A model generated the notes under the pieces. The model was given only the letters and a program-made list of their open reading frames with translations. It was not told where the DNA came from and ran no database searches. A program made the position numbers and the translations under genes. From positions 1-64,000 of the forward strand of contig JAZURI010000005.1 in assembly GCA_045606105.1 (NCBI GenBank): a stretch of 64,000 bases of DNA. Reading direction: 5' to 3'. Source of the DNA: Spirochaetia bacterium. Lineage in GTDB: Bacteria > Spirochaetota > Spirochaetia > CADAEX01. Positions 19,330-28,697 of this stretch are shown here, one piece after another (the stretch's first letter is position 1; the number at the start of each line of letters is the position of its first letter).

Positions 19330-20300
19330 CAGGTTTCCTCCAGATAAAAAACCGGAAATTCCCCGGCCGGCTTATCCCTCATAAACGCCCTGTAATAGGA
19401 TTGGATATAAATGAATATTTCATTTTTATATTCCATCAAGGTCTCCAGGAGTATTCCAATATACTTCTTTGAATTTTTCCAGGGAAGAATATATTGATTC
19501 TGATTTTTCCAGAAATCCTTTTCGTTGACCTGACCAAGATTCAATGTCTTCAATATTGCAGCATCAATAATAGGTCGAAATGGTTCTTCCAGATCACACA
19601 CCAGAGATTTTCTATGAAAAAACTGAGTGTGCAGAATTCCCACATAGACATCAAAACCGTACATTTCAAGCAAAGCATTTACTATATTGAATAAAATTGT
19701 ATAACCTATATCCATCAATGTGTTTGTAATGTCATTCTTTACCCTGGGCTGCCGGGCTTTCCAGTTATAATCAGCAAACATAGTCTTAAAATATAATTTT
19801 GCACTTACCCCTTCGATTCCCATTATTTCCTGAACTGACAAACCTGCTTCCAGAACGTCTTTTTCATACTGTTCCAATTTAGCTATGATGATTTTTTCTT
19901 CTTCAGTCTTCTTTCGTTTCTTTTTCAACAAAAATGCCTGATTATGAATTTTGTTTGCAATTACGTGGGAAGCAATTTCTGTCTTATCGTATGCATACTG
20001 CTTCTGTCGAAGCAAAACATTTCCCTCTGCTTTTGATGGAAGGATTGAAGTAATCCTCAGATTTGGGCTCATGAAAACTATTGTATATCCAAACTTCTTA
20101 GATCGATCCAGCAGCCCGCTTGTCAGACAGAAGTCTCCGCATATGAACAATGCAAACAACCGGTAACAGGTTGATTGATGTTTTATTTTTCCATCTCTGT
20201 CAGTTACTATAAAGTTATCGTTCTTGAAACTCAGCTTTTCTCCGTCCGATGTAAATACAAAAGCAATCTGCTTATGCTCAAAATCTCTTGTACTCATCAT
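19329..20300 (-). CDS. cas1: Type V Cas1
   Basis: MGIEG, GILH, SLVCDLEEPFRP motifs. Confidence 0.95.
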   Translation of the reverse strand: MMSTRDFEHKQIAFVFTSDGEKLSFKNDNFIVTDRDGKIKHQSTCYRLFALFICGDFCLTSGLLDRSKKFGYTIVFMSPNLRITSILPSKAEGNVLLRQKQYAYDKTEIASHVIANKIHNQAFLLKKKRKKTEEEKIIIAKLEQYEKDVLEAGLSVQEIMGIEGVSAKLYFKTMFADYNWKARQPRVKNDITNTLMDIGYTILFNIVNALLEMYGFDVYVGILHTQFFHRKSLVCDLEEPFRPIIDAAILKTLNLGQVNEKDFWKNQNQYILPWKNSKKYIGILLETLMEYKNEIFIYIQSYYRAFMRDKPAGEFPVFYLEET

Positions 20301-20882
20301 CTAAAAGCCTCCGTTATATTCCTTGGGAGCTAAAGGTCGGTCGCAGAAATCATTATAAATACATTTTTTACATTTTTCTTCATTCTGGGGAACAAATGCA
20401 TTCATATCAAAATTCTGCATTGCTTTGTTTGTTGCTTTAAACTTTTCAAACATCTGAACATCATCTTCCGGTAAAGGAACCGGATAAACTTTGTTATCGT
20501 CGCTGGAATAAAATCTAAGTTGTTTTACAGTATATCCCATCTCTCTGAGACAAAGGCACTGGGCATACAGTTGAAAAACGTATCCGTCATAAATTGTTTC
20601 AATATGCTTTTTTCGTTCTGTAAGTAATCCTTTTTCAATATCAAAAATATCTATTTTACCGCATAATTTATATTCATCAGAATAAATATCCAGACCTTGT
20701 AGAATATTTTTATGGGTAGAATACCGTTTTTCATCTATAGCCTCATGAGCAGCTTTCCCGTCAAGCTGGGCAGAACCATAGTATAGCCGTTCGGAAAGAC
20801 TGCCGTAAAGCTGATGATAATAAATGGAAAGAGGACAGAATATGAAATCATTCAAATAACTAATTCTTAGGTAAAGTTCCAT
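20301..20882 (-). CDS. cas4: Type V Cas4
   Basis: FCP, GKID, ERK, QLYAQ, CxxCxxxxxC Fe-S ligands. Confidence 0.93.
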   Translation of the reverse strand: MELYLRISYLNDFIFCPLSIYYHQLYGSLSERLYYGSAQLDGKAAHEAIDEKRYSTHKNILQGLDIYSDEYKLCGKIDIFDIEKGLLTERKKHIETIYDGYVFQLYAQCLCLREMGYTVKQLRFYSSDDNKVYPVPLPEDDVQMFEKFKATNKAMQNFDMNAFVPQNEEKCKKCIYNDFCDRPLAPKEYNGGF

Positions 20883-21723
20883 TTTCAGGCTCTTGGTTTA
20901 CTAAATAATTTTCTGAAGAAATTACTGAATGCCCCAACTCCTTTTCTGTCTGCTTCCGGGCAATTCCTGCAACATTTCCGCCGCGGCTTGCAACTTTTTT
21001 GTTTTCATTAAAAGTTTCCGGTTTTTCCTGCTGCGAAATCTCTGTTGTAACACGCTCCCCAAGCATGGTAAAAATCAACTCCAGGTCTGTCATGTGATCA
21101 CGCAGATTCTGATTTTTTTTAGTTAAACCTTTATATGTCTTATATTCAGAAGGTGTCAGTCCAAAAGTCGCTTTTGAAATTTCTGCTGTTAGAATCGCAA
21201 AATCTTTTTCTTTTGTAATTCCACGCTCTTTCCATTCATCAGTTAAATTTTGACGAATTGCAATTCCTCGTAACCGTTTATCTATCCAATCTTTTGGGTA
21301 ACCTTTTTTCTCGTAAAGCTCTTTCATTCTTTCTTGAGAAAGTTCTGGATTTTCAATTTCTTGTATGCGTTCATATCCAACTTGCGCAAGCCATTGCTTA
21401 AAAGGTTCAGCCTTTGGAGATGGGATAGATTGAATTATACGAAGAATAGATTTTACATTGGCTGAAAGAGTCTTTCTTTTTACCCCGGCTGCAGTATACA
21501 TTTCTACCTGGGGACAATTTGTCCCCAGGAAACTTCCGAGACTTTCATCTCTTTTTCTTAATTTTTTCAAATAATCTGTAGGATTTACGCTTTCTGTCAG
21601 AACTCCTACAACATCAACAACAGAAAAATACCACTGTTCTTCTTCTTCATTCCAAACAGACCGGATTTTACCATCCTGAAAGATTTTAATATGTTGCAAA
21701 GATTTTTCAGAATTATTTTGCAT
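20860..21723 (-). CDS. Bro-N domain (antirepressor-like) protein with DinD-like C-terminal region
   Basis: IRSVW..WYFSVVDVV, IQSIPSPKAEPFKQWLAQVG, NLRDHMTDLELIF. Confidence 0.8.
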   Translation of the reverse strand: MQNNSEKSLQHIKIFQDGKIRSVWNEEEEQWYFSVVDVVGVLTESVNPTDYLKKLRKRDESLGSFLGTNCPQVEMYTAAGVKRKTLSANVKSILRIIQSIPSPKAEPFKQWLAQVGYERIQEIENPELSQERMKELYEKKGYPKDWIDKRLRGIAIRQNLTDEWKERGITKEKDFAILTAEISKATFGLTPSEYKTYKGLTKKNQNLRDHMTDLELIFTMLGERVTTEISQQEKPETFNENKKVASRGGNVAGIARKQTEKELGHSVISSENYLVNQEPENGTLPKN

Positions 21724-24700
21724 ATTCTTTGTCCTGCACAAACTTGAACCAATCGGCATGAGAAATATTCTGTATTACACCCTTTTCATCACGGTTAAAA
21801 TTATTTTGCAATAAATACAAGCCTTTTAATGCAATATGATATGCCCCGTTTGCATCTGCATCTATTGGCAACTTTGCATTTTTACCTTTTTTAGCTTCTT
21901 CCCTGGAATCAAAGAATGTTCCGTCTTCTGATTTTACAGGAGAAATTAAGTAGTCAATTTCTGTGTTTGGAATAGAATTTCTCATTTGCAAAATTGCATT
22001 AAACATTCTTAAAAGTGTATCAAAAAATTTTGCATTTGATTTTTCAGCTTGGATTGTATGGACGGAATCAATAAAATTATCTTCATTATTCCAATTTATT
22101 CCAAAGTCATCAAAAATATTCTTTAACTGTTCTGTTGGATTTATACTAATATTCATGCGTTCTGCTTTATTGTAAACAAGTCGTTCTCCTTTTGTGTAAA
22201 CTTCCCACTTTTTCTTAAAATCAGCATTATCACAGATTTTTCCATAATCAAATCCAAATACAAAACAATCTTCTTTTGAATCATAACGTAGAGAATCAAA
22301 TTTTTCGAAAAACTCTTTTTTCTTTTCTACATTTGTTAATCCTTTTGTAATGAAAAGATTTGCAAAACCAGTTTTTGGATCAATTTTTGAAGTATAAGCT
22401 GCAGGGATATAGAAAAGCCATCCACATTGTTTATTAACATCACTTACATTTGCAGATTTATTTGTTAATTGATAAGCATTAAGAACTCCACCAGGCTCTG
22501 TTACCTTTTTATCTTTGAAAACAAGATAATTTAGCTTTTCAATTAACATATTTTCAAATTTTTGATAAATCTGTCTTTCTACAGCAAAACGACCTCGCTT
22601 AAATCCAAAATTCAAATCTTCCATAACAACAATTGCGTTATGTTCAACCATCATTTTTGCAATTTCATGAACAACAGCAGATAGATAGCCTTCTTTTAAT
22701 TCTTTGATATTTCCAATTGTTTGCCAGTTTTTACGAGCCTTGTCTCTGTCACCTTCTTTGTGTACAAGTTTTTCCTGATAATTTACTTTTACCGTTTTAT
22801 CATTTCTAACTTGGTCAACAAGATTCAATGTTTTTTGAAGTTCAATTTCACCTTTTTGATTTATTAATGAAAGATAAATAAGATGACGTTCTCCTCGATC
22901 CAATCCAATAATTTTTACATCAGTATTACCACTTAACACTTCAAGAACTTGATTATTAAATTCTTTATTTGATTTATCAGGTGCCTTAAAGTTCATTGTA
23001 ATAGGACAATGGAAAAGATAAGTATCTTCTATAAAGCGATTATCCTTTGTAATATCGTGAGTTGCTTCTTTACAAACAACAACTCCTGAATCTAACAATG
23101 ATTTTGCAGTTTCTGAAATAGTATCAGTCATTTTGTTTTTGAATTGATAAATTTCTTGATAAATGTCTTCTGGAATTGATTTTCCGTCATTTGTTGTTCT
23201 ATTTACAAGAATTGAACCTTTTTTGTGAACAGTTACTTTTTCTTTGTTCAAACTTGGTTTTCGCCAGAATAATTCTGCTTCTCCATTTAATTTTAGACAA
23301 ACATCTTTTAAATTTTCTTCACTAAAAAGATTTTCCCAATAAAGTGTATGAAGATTTTTCTTTCCAGAAGTTTTTGAAGCAAAGTCTTTGTTATAGATTT
23401 GGAAAAGGAAAAGTTTTCCTTCGTTTACTAGTTTATCAATATACTCCTTACGGATAGTAACAAATTGAATTTGATATGCCTGCGAATTTACATCATCTGT
23501 AAAACTTTGAAACGAATAATATTCTTTTGTTTCTTTGAAAATAAAATCATAAGCATCAAAGTATTCCTTTGTTAATACCTTATAATAATCAATATATTTT
23601 ATTAAGTCGTCTTTACTAAAAGTATCAGAAGTTCGAAGATATGATTTTCTTTTTCTAATTTCATTTATTTCTGTAGGTAAGTAAGCATTTCGATATTCTT
23701 CAATTTGTCTATTTACACCATCCGTATCTTTACGACCATTTTTTTTGACAGTTTTTCCATTAATCCTCAAAAGATTGGGAATATCTTTACTTGGATCAGC
23801 AGCCTGTAGATAAATCATTTTTTCATAATAATTTTCATTTTCCTTTGGTTTCGGATAACTTTTAAATTCATTATGAAAATTTTTATTCATAATACCTAAG
23901 TAATACTTTTCTTTTTCTCTTAATAAAATTGAACCATACATTAATTCATTATTCAAAGCCCAGCCTTTTGCACATGTAGGTGAATCAAAATTCAATTTTA
24001 TCTTCTTCATTTCACCAGGTTTCTTTGTTACAAAATTACGAACTTTGTTATACAAAGGAACAACTTGAGCAAGTGCTGTTAATATATCATCTAATTTTGA
24101 ATAAAAATTTGAATCCTTTTGTTCTTCACCACGATAATCAACAAGTTTTAAGTGATGGTAAAGATTTTGAACTTCGTCCAGATATACTTTTATTGGAGTG
24201 GCAGCTTCTTTCTCTTGTTGTAAATCATGAATATTTTCAAAATCTATTTTTTTAAAGGTCTTATTAATTTCACACAATAAATTTACTTCATAATTGTCAA
24301 TTGTTTCTTTTGTCAGAAAAAATTCCTTTACGGATTTTTCAGCTTCAAGTCCAAATTCTGAGCACCACCTCTCATATGCAGCCTGCATATCGGTTAACGA
24401 GTAATCACTTTCTGCAATTTCATTTTTTAGATTATCCAACTGTCTGTCTGTCAGATTTTTCTTTGCTTTATCTTTTGCTATCAGAAATAAACCTTCTGTT
24501 AAAATTGACCAAGAATTAAAAATTTTCTTGGAAAATTTTGTAATAGATTTTGAAGGTACGTATATTTCTGATAAATCATATTCTTCATTGTTATTCAACA
24601 AATCCCGAATTAATTCTATATATTCTTCAACTACCGACGAATTGAATTCTTTTATAGTTAAGTAAACTTCTTCATTATTTTCAAATCCAACCGGAATAAA

Positions 24701-25621
24701 AGAAGCTGTACCTCGATCGCTTAAAATCTGCTTATAGAGTTCTACCATTTTCTTTTTAAGTTTATACTTTTCTTCATTCGGCAAAGCTTGTCTAGCAAGG
24801 TTTATAAATTCATTTAGGCCTTTAATTTTCTCAGTCCCGGCTTCGCCGGAAATTCCACCGATTATTGTATTATAAAAATCAATTCCACTTTGAGCTATAA
24901 CACTGTTGAAACCATCAATGGTAAATACATAATCAAGAGCTCTGCCTTTTAGATGGTCTTTCAAAGACTTTTCCGTATCACTGATTATTTTTGGAAAATT
25001 AACTTTCAAATAATTATATAATTTGATATTTGCAAAAAATTTTGGAAAATTTTCATGCACAATACGGTAACTAATTGCAGTTGATTCTGCATCTGCACTG
25101 TACATGTTTTTCCTGTTCTCGTGAAAACCTACAAAATATGTACTGAATCTGTTAAAAGCAGCCAAAGCTTTCTGCTTATTTTTGATTTCGTCTTCAGGAG
25201 CATTTTTTATTAATTCAGGCAGAAGTTCCTTAAATAATCCATCCTTGAAAAGTTTATTATATTCTTTTTGAGCATGAAAACCCTCAACTATTTTTTTTCT
25301 TGCTATTGCTTGAAGTTTATCAAGTTTAACTTTATGGGAAGCTTTTTTTTCTCTATCTCTCTCGTTCTGAAGCAAATCAAGCTGATTAAATAAATCTTCC
25401 CAGGAAAATGAAAATTCTTTGAGTGATTTCTCTATGAAATTTCTATGAATATTATCTATAAGTTTTTTTATTTCAGGATACGCTTCAGCACGCTGGATAT
25501 CTGTTTTAAGAAACTGTTTTATATTTTCTTCAGTTTTTCCAATAGGTATTAATCTATTCCTCAAAGTAATAGAACGGGAATATCCGTTCTTCTGTCCGCA
25601 AAATTCATTTAAACCTTTCAT
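21713..25621 (-). CDS. cas12a: Type V-A effector Cas12a (Cpf1), about 1302 aa
   Basis: YSRSITLRNRLIP, NLHTLYW, RuvC motifs IGLDRGERHL / MEDLNFGFKRGR / DADANGAYHIALKG; ATG 25621 follows GGGGGAG. Confidence 0.98.
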   Translation of the reverse strand: MKGLNEFCGQKNGYSRSITLRNRLIPIGKTEENIKQFLKTDIQRAEAYPEIKKLIDNIHRNFIEKSLKEFSFSWEDLFNQLDLLQNERDREKKASHKVKLDKLQAIARKKIVEGFHAQKEYNKLFKDGLFKELLPELIKNAPEDEIKNKQKALAAFNRFSTYFVGFHENRKNMYSADAESTAISYRIVHENFPKFFANIKLYNYLKVNFPKIISDTEKSLKDHLKGRALDYVFTIDGFNSVIAQSGIDFYNTIIGGISGEAGTEKIKGLNEFINLARQALPNEEKYKLKKKMVELYKQILSDRGTASFIPVGFENNEEVYLTIKEFNSSVVEEYIELIRDLLNNNEEYDLSEIYVPSKSITKFSKKIFNSWSILTEGLFLIAKDKAKKNLTDRQLDNLKNEIAESDYSLTDMQAAYERWCSEFGLEAEKSVKEFFLTKETIDNYEVNLLCEINKTFKKIDFENIHDLQQEKEAATPIKVYLDEVQNLYHHLKLVDYRGEEQKDSNFYSKLDDILTALAQVVPLYNKVRNFVTKKPGEMKKIKLNFDSPTCAKGWALNNELMYGSILLREKEKYYLGIMNKNFHNEFKSYPKPKENENYYEKMIYLQAADPSKDIPNLLRINGKTVKKNGRKDTDGVNRQIEEYRNAYLPTEINEIRKRKSYLRTSDTFSKDDLIKYIDYYKVLTKEYFDAYDFIFKETKEYYSFQSFTDDVNSQAYQIQFVTIRKEYIDKLVNEGKLFLFQIYNKDFASKTSGKKNLHTLYWENLFSEENLKDVCLKLNGEAELFWRKPSLNKEKVTVHKKGSILVNRTTNDGKSIPEDIYQEIYQFKNKMTDTISETAKSLLDSGVVVCKEATHDITKDNRFIEDTYLFHCPITMNFKAPDKSNKEFNNQVLEVLSGNTDVKIIGLDRGERHLIYLSLINQKGEIELQKTLNLVDQVRNDKTVKVNYQEKLVHKEGDRDKARKNWQTIGNIKELKEGYLSAVVHEIAKMMVEHNAIVVMEDLNFGFKRGRFAVERQIYQKFENMLIEKLNYLVFKDKKVTEPGGVLNAYQLTNKSANVSDVNKQCGWLFYIPAAYTSKIDPKTGFANLFITKGLTNVEKKKEFFEKFDSLRYDSKEDCFVFGFDYGKICDNADFKKKWEVYTKGERLVYNKAERMNISINPTEQLKNIFDDFGINWNNEDNFIDSVHTIQAEKSNAKFFDTLLRMFNAILQMRNSIPNTEIDYLISPVKSEDGTFFDSREEAKKGKNAKLPIDADANGAYHIALKGLYLLQNNFNRDEKGVIQNISHADWFKFVQDKEYAK

Positions 25622-25632
25622 CTCTCCCCCTT

Positions 25633-26523
25633 TCAATCCTTCTTTACGACTTCGGCCATGCTTGTTACCAGACCGGCCATGTTCTGGATATCGGACGGAA
25701 CTATGATCTTGGTGGCTTTTCCGTCGGCGGCTTTTTCAAACGCCTCCAGGCCGCGGAGCCTGATTACGGCTTCATCAGGCATGGCTTCCTTGATCATCCT
25801 GATACCTTCTGCCTTTGCCTGCTGCACCTCAAGAATGGCCTGGGCCTCTCCTTTGGCCTTCTGTATTGCAGCCTCCTTCTCAGCCTCGGCCTGAAGTATC
25901 ATGGCCTGTTTTTCACCTTCTGCCACCAGGATTGCACTCTGCTTCTGTCCTTCGGCAATGAGAATCTGCTCCCGGCGTTCCCTTTCTGCCTTCATCTACT
26001 TTTCCATGGCATCCTTGATTGCTTCAGGTGGCATGATATTCTTCACCTCCACCCTGTTCACCTTGATTCCCCACGGATCTGTGGCTTCATCCAGGATACT
26101 TCTCATCTTGGTATTGATGATATCGCGGCTTGTAAGGGTCTGGTCCAGCTCCAGCTCTCCGATGATGTTTCTCAGAGTGGTGGCCGAAAGATTCTCAAGA
26201 GCGCTTACCGGCTGCTCAACTCCATAGGTAAACAGCTTCGGATCCGTAATCTGAAAATAGACAACGGTATCAATCATCATGGTTACATTATCCCTGGTAA
26301 TAACCGGCTGGGGAGGGAAATCGAGAACCCGTTCCTTGAGGGAAACGGTCTTTACTATTCTGTCGACAAACGGAAGCTTGATATGAATTCCCACATTCCA
26401 GGTACAGCTGTAGGTTCCCAGCCTCTCCAGAACAGAAGCATAGGACTGAGGAATAATTCTGATATTGGTAACAAGAAGAACTACCAGAATGACAAAAAGA
26501 GTGATACTTACATAAATGGACAT
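25633..26523 (-). pseudogene. SPFH/band-7 (QmcA-like) gene interrupted by an in-frame TAG at 25996-25998
   Basis: Reads AMEK*MKAERERR; the family normally has AMEKQMKAER; the two ORFs are contiguous and in frame. Confidence 0.8.
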
Positions 26524-26531
26524 ATTGCCTC

Positions 26532-26993
26532 CTATTTATTTTTCTTTTCTATTACAAGAGTGTTTCCGTTGACCTTGATGACGGTACAGATCTCTCCCTT
26601 TGAAATCTCACCGCCATCTGCGGTACAGGCACTCCATTCCACCCCGTTGGCTGCCTTGGCTGTTCCCTTGGAAAAACGGCTGATATCTGCGGTAACCAGA
26701 ACTTCCTGACCTGCCATGGCTTCCACATTTGTCTTTGCCTTGCCTGTTTTCAGCTTTCTGACAGCCAGAGGTCTGGTAAAAATAACAAGCAGGGCCGAAA
26801 AAAGGAAAAACAGGAGCAGCTGCCAGCCCAGCGGCATTCCGGTCAGAGATAAAAAAATCATGACAAATGCACTTGCGGCACACCAGATTGTCACCAGCGC
26901 CGCAGTTGCCGCCTCAACAAGCAGCATCAATATGAAAACTGCCAGCCAGAACCAGTAAAGGTGAGAAATAATGAAGCTGTATATTTCCGACAT
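26532..26993 (-). CDS. NfeD family membrane protein
   Basis: Three hydrophobic helices plus OB-fold tail (GxEWSA, VNGNTLVI); upstream of SPFH. Confidence 0.88.
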   Translation of the reverse strand: MSEIYSFIISHLYWFWLAVFILMLLVEAATAALVTIWCAASAFVMIFLSLTGMPLGWQLLLFFLFSALLVIFTRPLAVRKLKTGKAKTNVEAMAGQEVLVTADISRFSKGTAKAANGVEWSACTADGGEISKGEICTVIKVNGNTLVIEKKNK

Positions 26994-27009
26994 ACTTTCC
27001 TCCGATTAA

Positions 27010-27038
27010 ATTATACAATACTTTATTAAATACTCAAA
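27010..27038 (-). promoter_or_regulatory. Putative sigma70 promoter for nfeD-SPFH (and possibly the cas genes)
   Basis: TTGAGT...TATAAT followed by a GGAGG RBS. Confidence 0.55.
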
Positions 27039-27181
27039 CTGATAATTGTATCCGATATTTTATGGTAAAAAACCCTCTCCTTTTCATAAAAATACCATAC
27101 CGGGTGTGTCAAATAATGCTACATGTACATTTTTTTCTTGAATTGTATTAAATATTTTGCTAATTTAAATAAGGAGTTAAA

Positions 27182-27904
27182 ATGAACCTCATCAAAGACA
27201 AGCTTGAAAAAATTGAAAATGAGTTTACCGAACAGGTCAAGACTACCTTCGGCTCAAATCTTCACTCTGCCTATATTTACGGCAGTATTCTCACCGACAG
27301 CTTCAATCCTGCAACTTCGGATGTGAATGTACTGATCATTCCGTACGAGGCTTCACCGGAAAGACTTGTTGTCCTGGGCAAATACAGCGGCAAGCTCATC
27401 AGACTTCTGAACATAAATCCTACAGTCATGAGCCATGACGAATTCATCGCATCTGCCGATATCTTCCCTATGGAATATCACGATATCAAGGATTTCCATA
27501 AGACATTGGTGGGAGAGGACCTGACAGAAAAGCTGGTTATTTCAGACCGGAATCTCCGTCTGCAGGTGGAGGACAGACTCAGGGGCTGCATCAATTCCCT
27601 CCGTCAGGTACTTGTTCTTTCCGAAAGCAATCCGAGAATCATTGCCAACGGAATCAGAAACACCCACAGCTTCTACAATGCCATTTTCCGCGGAATCCTC
27701 AGACTCTACAAGCATCCGGAAATCTCCTATGACTACCTGAAGAACCTCAAGGCGGTTTCGGAATATATGGATATAGAGCCTAAGCCTTTCAGGGATGTAA
27801 TGAGAATTTTCAAGGATACACCGGTGGAAAGCCTTACAGAGGACCTTATTATCCAGTTCACAACCATCGTGAACAAAATTGACAGGCTGGTAACCGAAAA
27901 ATGA
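27182..27904 (+). CDS. Nucleotidyltransferase-domain protein
   Basis: YGS...SDVN motif, ADIFPMEY; typical partner of LemA/TPM genes. Confidence 0.7.
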   Translation: MNLIKDKLEKIENEFTEQVKTTFGSNLHSAYIYGSILTDSFNPATSDVNVLIIPYEASPERLVVLGKYSGKLIRLLNINPTVMSHDEFIASADIFPMEYHDIKDFHKTLVGEDLTEKLVISDRNLRLQVEDRLRGCINSLRQVLVLSESNPRIIANGIRNTHSFYNAIFRGILRLYKHPEISYDYLKNLKAVSEYMDIEPKPFRDVMRIFKDTPVESLTEDLIIQFTTIVNKIDRLVTEK

Positions 27905-28683
27905 AAAAACTAATTGCTTTATTTCTTTTTGTTCTGGTCGCATCCCTGGGCTTCGGCGACAACATCCCTGCTTTCAAAGGCTGGGTAAACGACTATGCCG
28001 GGATTATCTCCGAAAAGAACATGAAAACCATAACTGAAGTAGCTCAGGACCTGAAGAACAAGACCGGTGCAGAGGTAGCTGTCCTTACTGTACGTTCCAT
28101 GAGTCCTTATACCTCCATCGAGGAATTTTCCATGGCTGTGGCCGAAAAATGGAAGGTGGGAGAGAAGGAAAAGGATAACGGTGCCATCATAGTCCTGGCC
28201 ATGGATGAGAGAGAAATCAGAATCGAGGTGGGCTACGGGCTTGAGGGGCTGATAACCGACGGAACTGCGGGAGAAATCCTGGACAAGCAGGTTATCCCTT
28301 ACTTCAACGGAGGGGATTTCGGAGCAGGTCTCAGAAGAGGTGTCTGCAGGATTGCCAACATAATCGGTACAGACATGGGTGTGGAGCTTGATGCCAGAAC
28401 ACTGGTGGACAACTCCAAATCGGAAATGTTCTGCATGCTTGTATTTGCCGGTATCATGATCTACATAACCGTACAGATGTTCAGGAAAATGAACGGCTCC
28501 AACAAGAAGGGGCGCTACTACTACGGCGGCGGTTTCGGCGGAATGTATATCGGATGCGGTATGGGACGCGGTGCCTTCGGAGGCTTCGGAAACAGGGGCT
28601 GCAACGGATACGGCGGCTTCAGCGGATTCGGTGGCGGAGGGGGCGGCGGCTTCGGCGGTGGCGGTGCCTCCAGAGGCTTCTGA
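27901..28683 (+). CDS. TPM domain protein
   Basis: VNDYAG, RIEVGYGLEG, glycine-rich tail ending GGGASRGF. Confidence 0.9.
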   Translation: MKKLIALFLFVLVASLGFGDNIPAFKGWVNDYAGIISEKNMKTITEVAQDLKNKTGAEVAVLTVRSMSPYTSIEEFSMAVAEKWKVGEKEKDNGAIIVLAMDEREIRIEVGYGLEGLITDGTAGEILDKQVIPYFNGGDFGAGLRRGVCRIANIIGTDMGVELDARTLVDNSKSEMFCMLVFAGIMIYITVQMFRKMNGSNKKGRYYYGGGFGGMYIGCGMGRGAFGGFGNRGCNGYGGFSGFGGGGGGGFGGGGASRGF

Positions 28684-28697
28684 CAGGAGACTGAATA

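Noticed and set aside
21713-25621. Nuclease-dead or transposon-associated Cas12 variant
   Set aside because: All three RuvC acidic motifs are present, the size and motifs are Cas12a, and no tns or transposase genes are in the window.
28520-28680. GGC-rich low-complexity run
   Set aside because: It is the normal glycine-rich tail of TPM-domain proteins.
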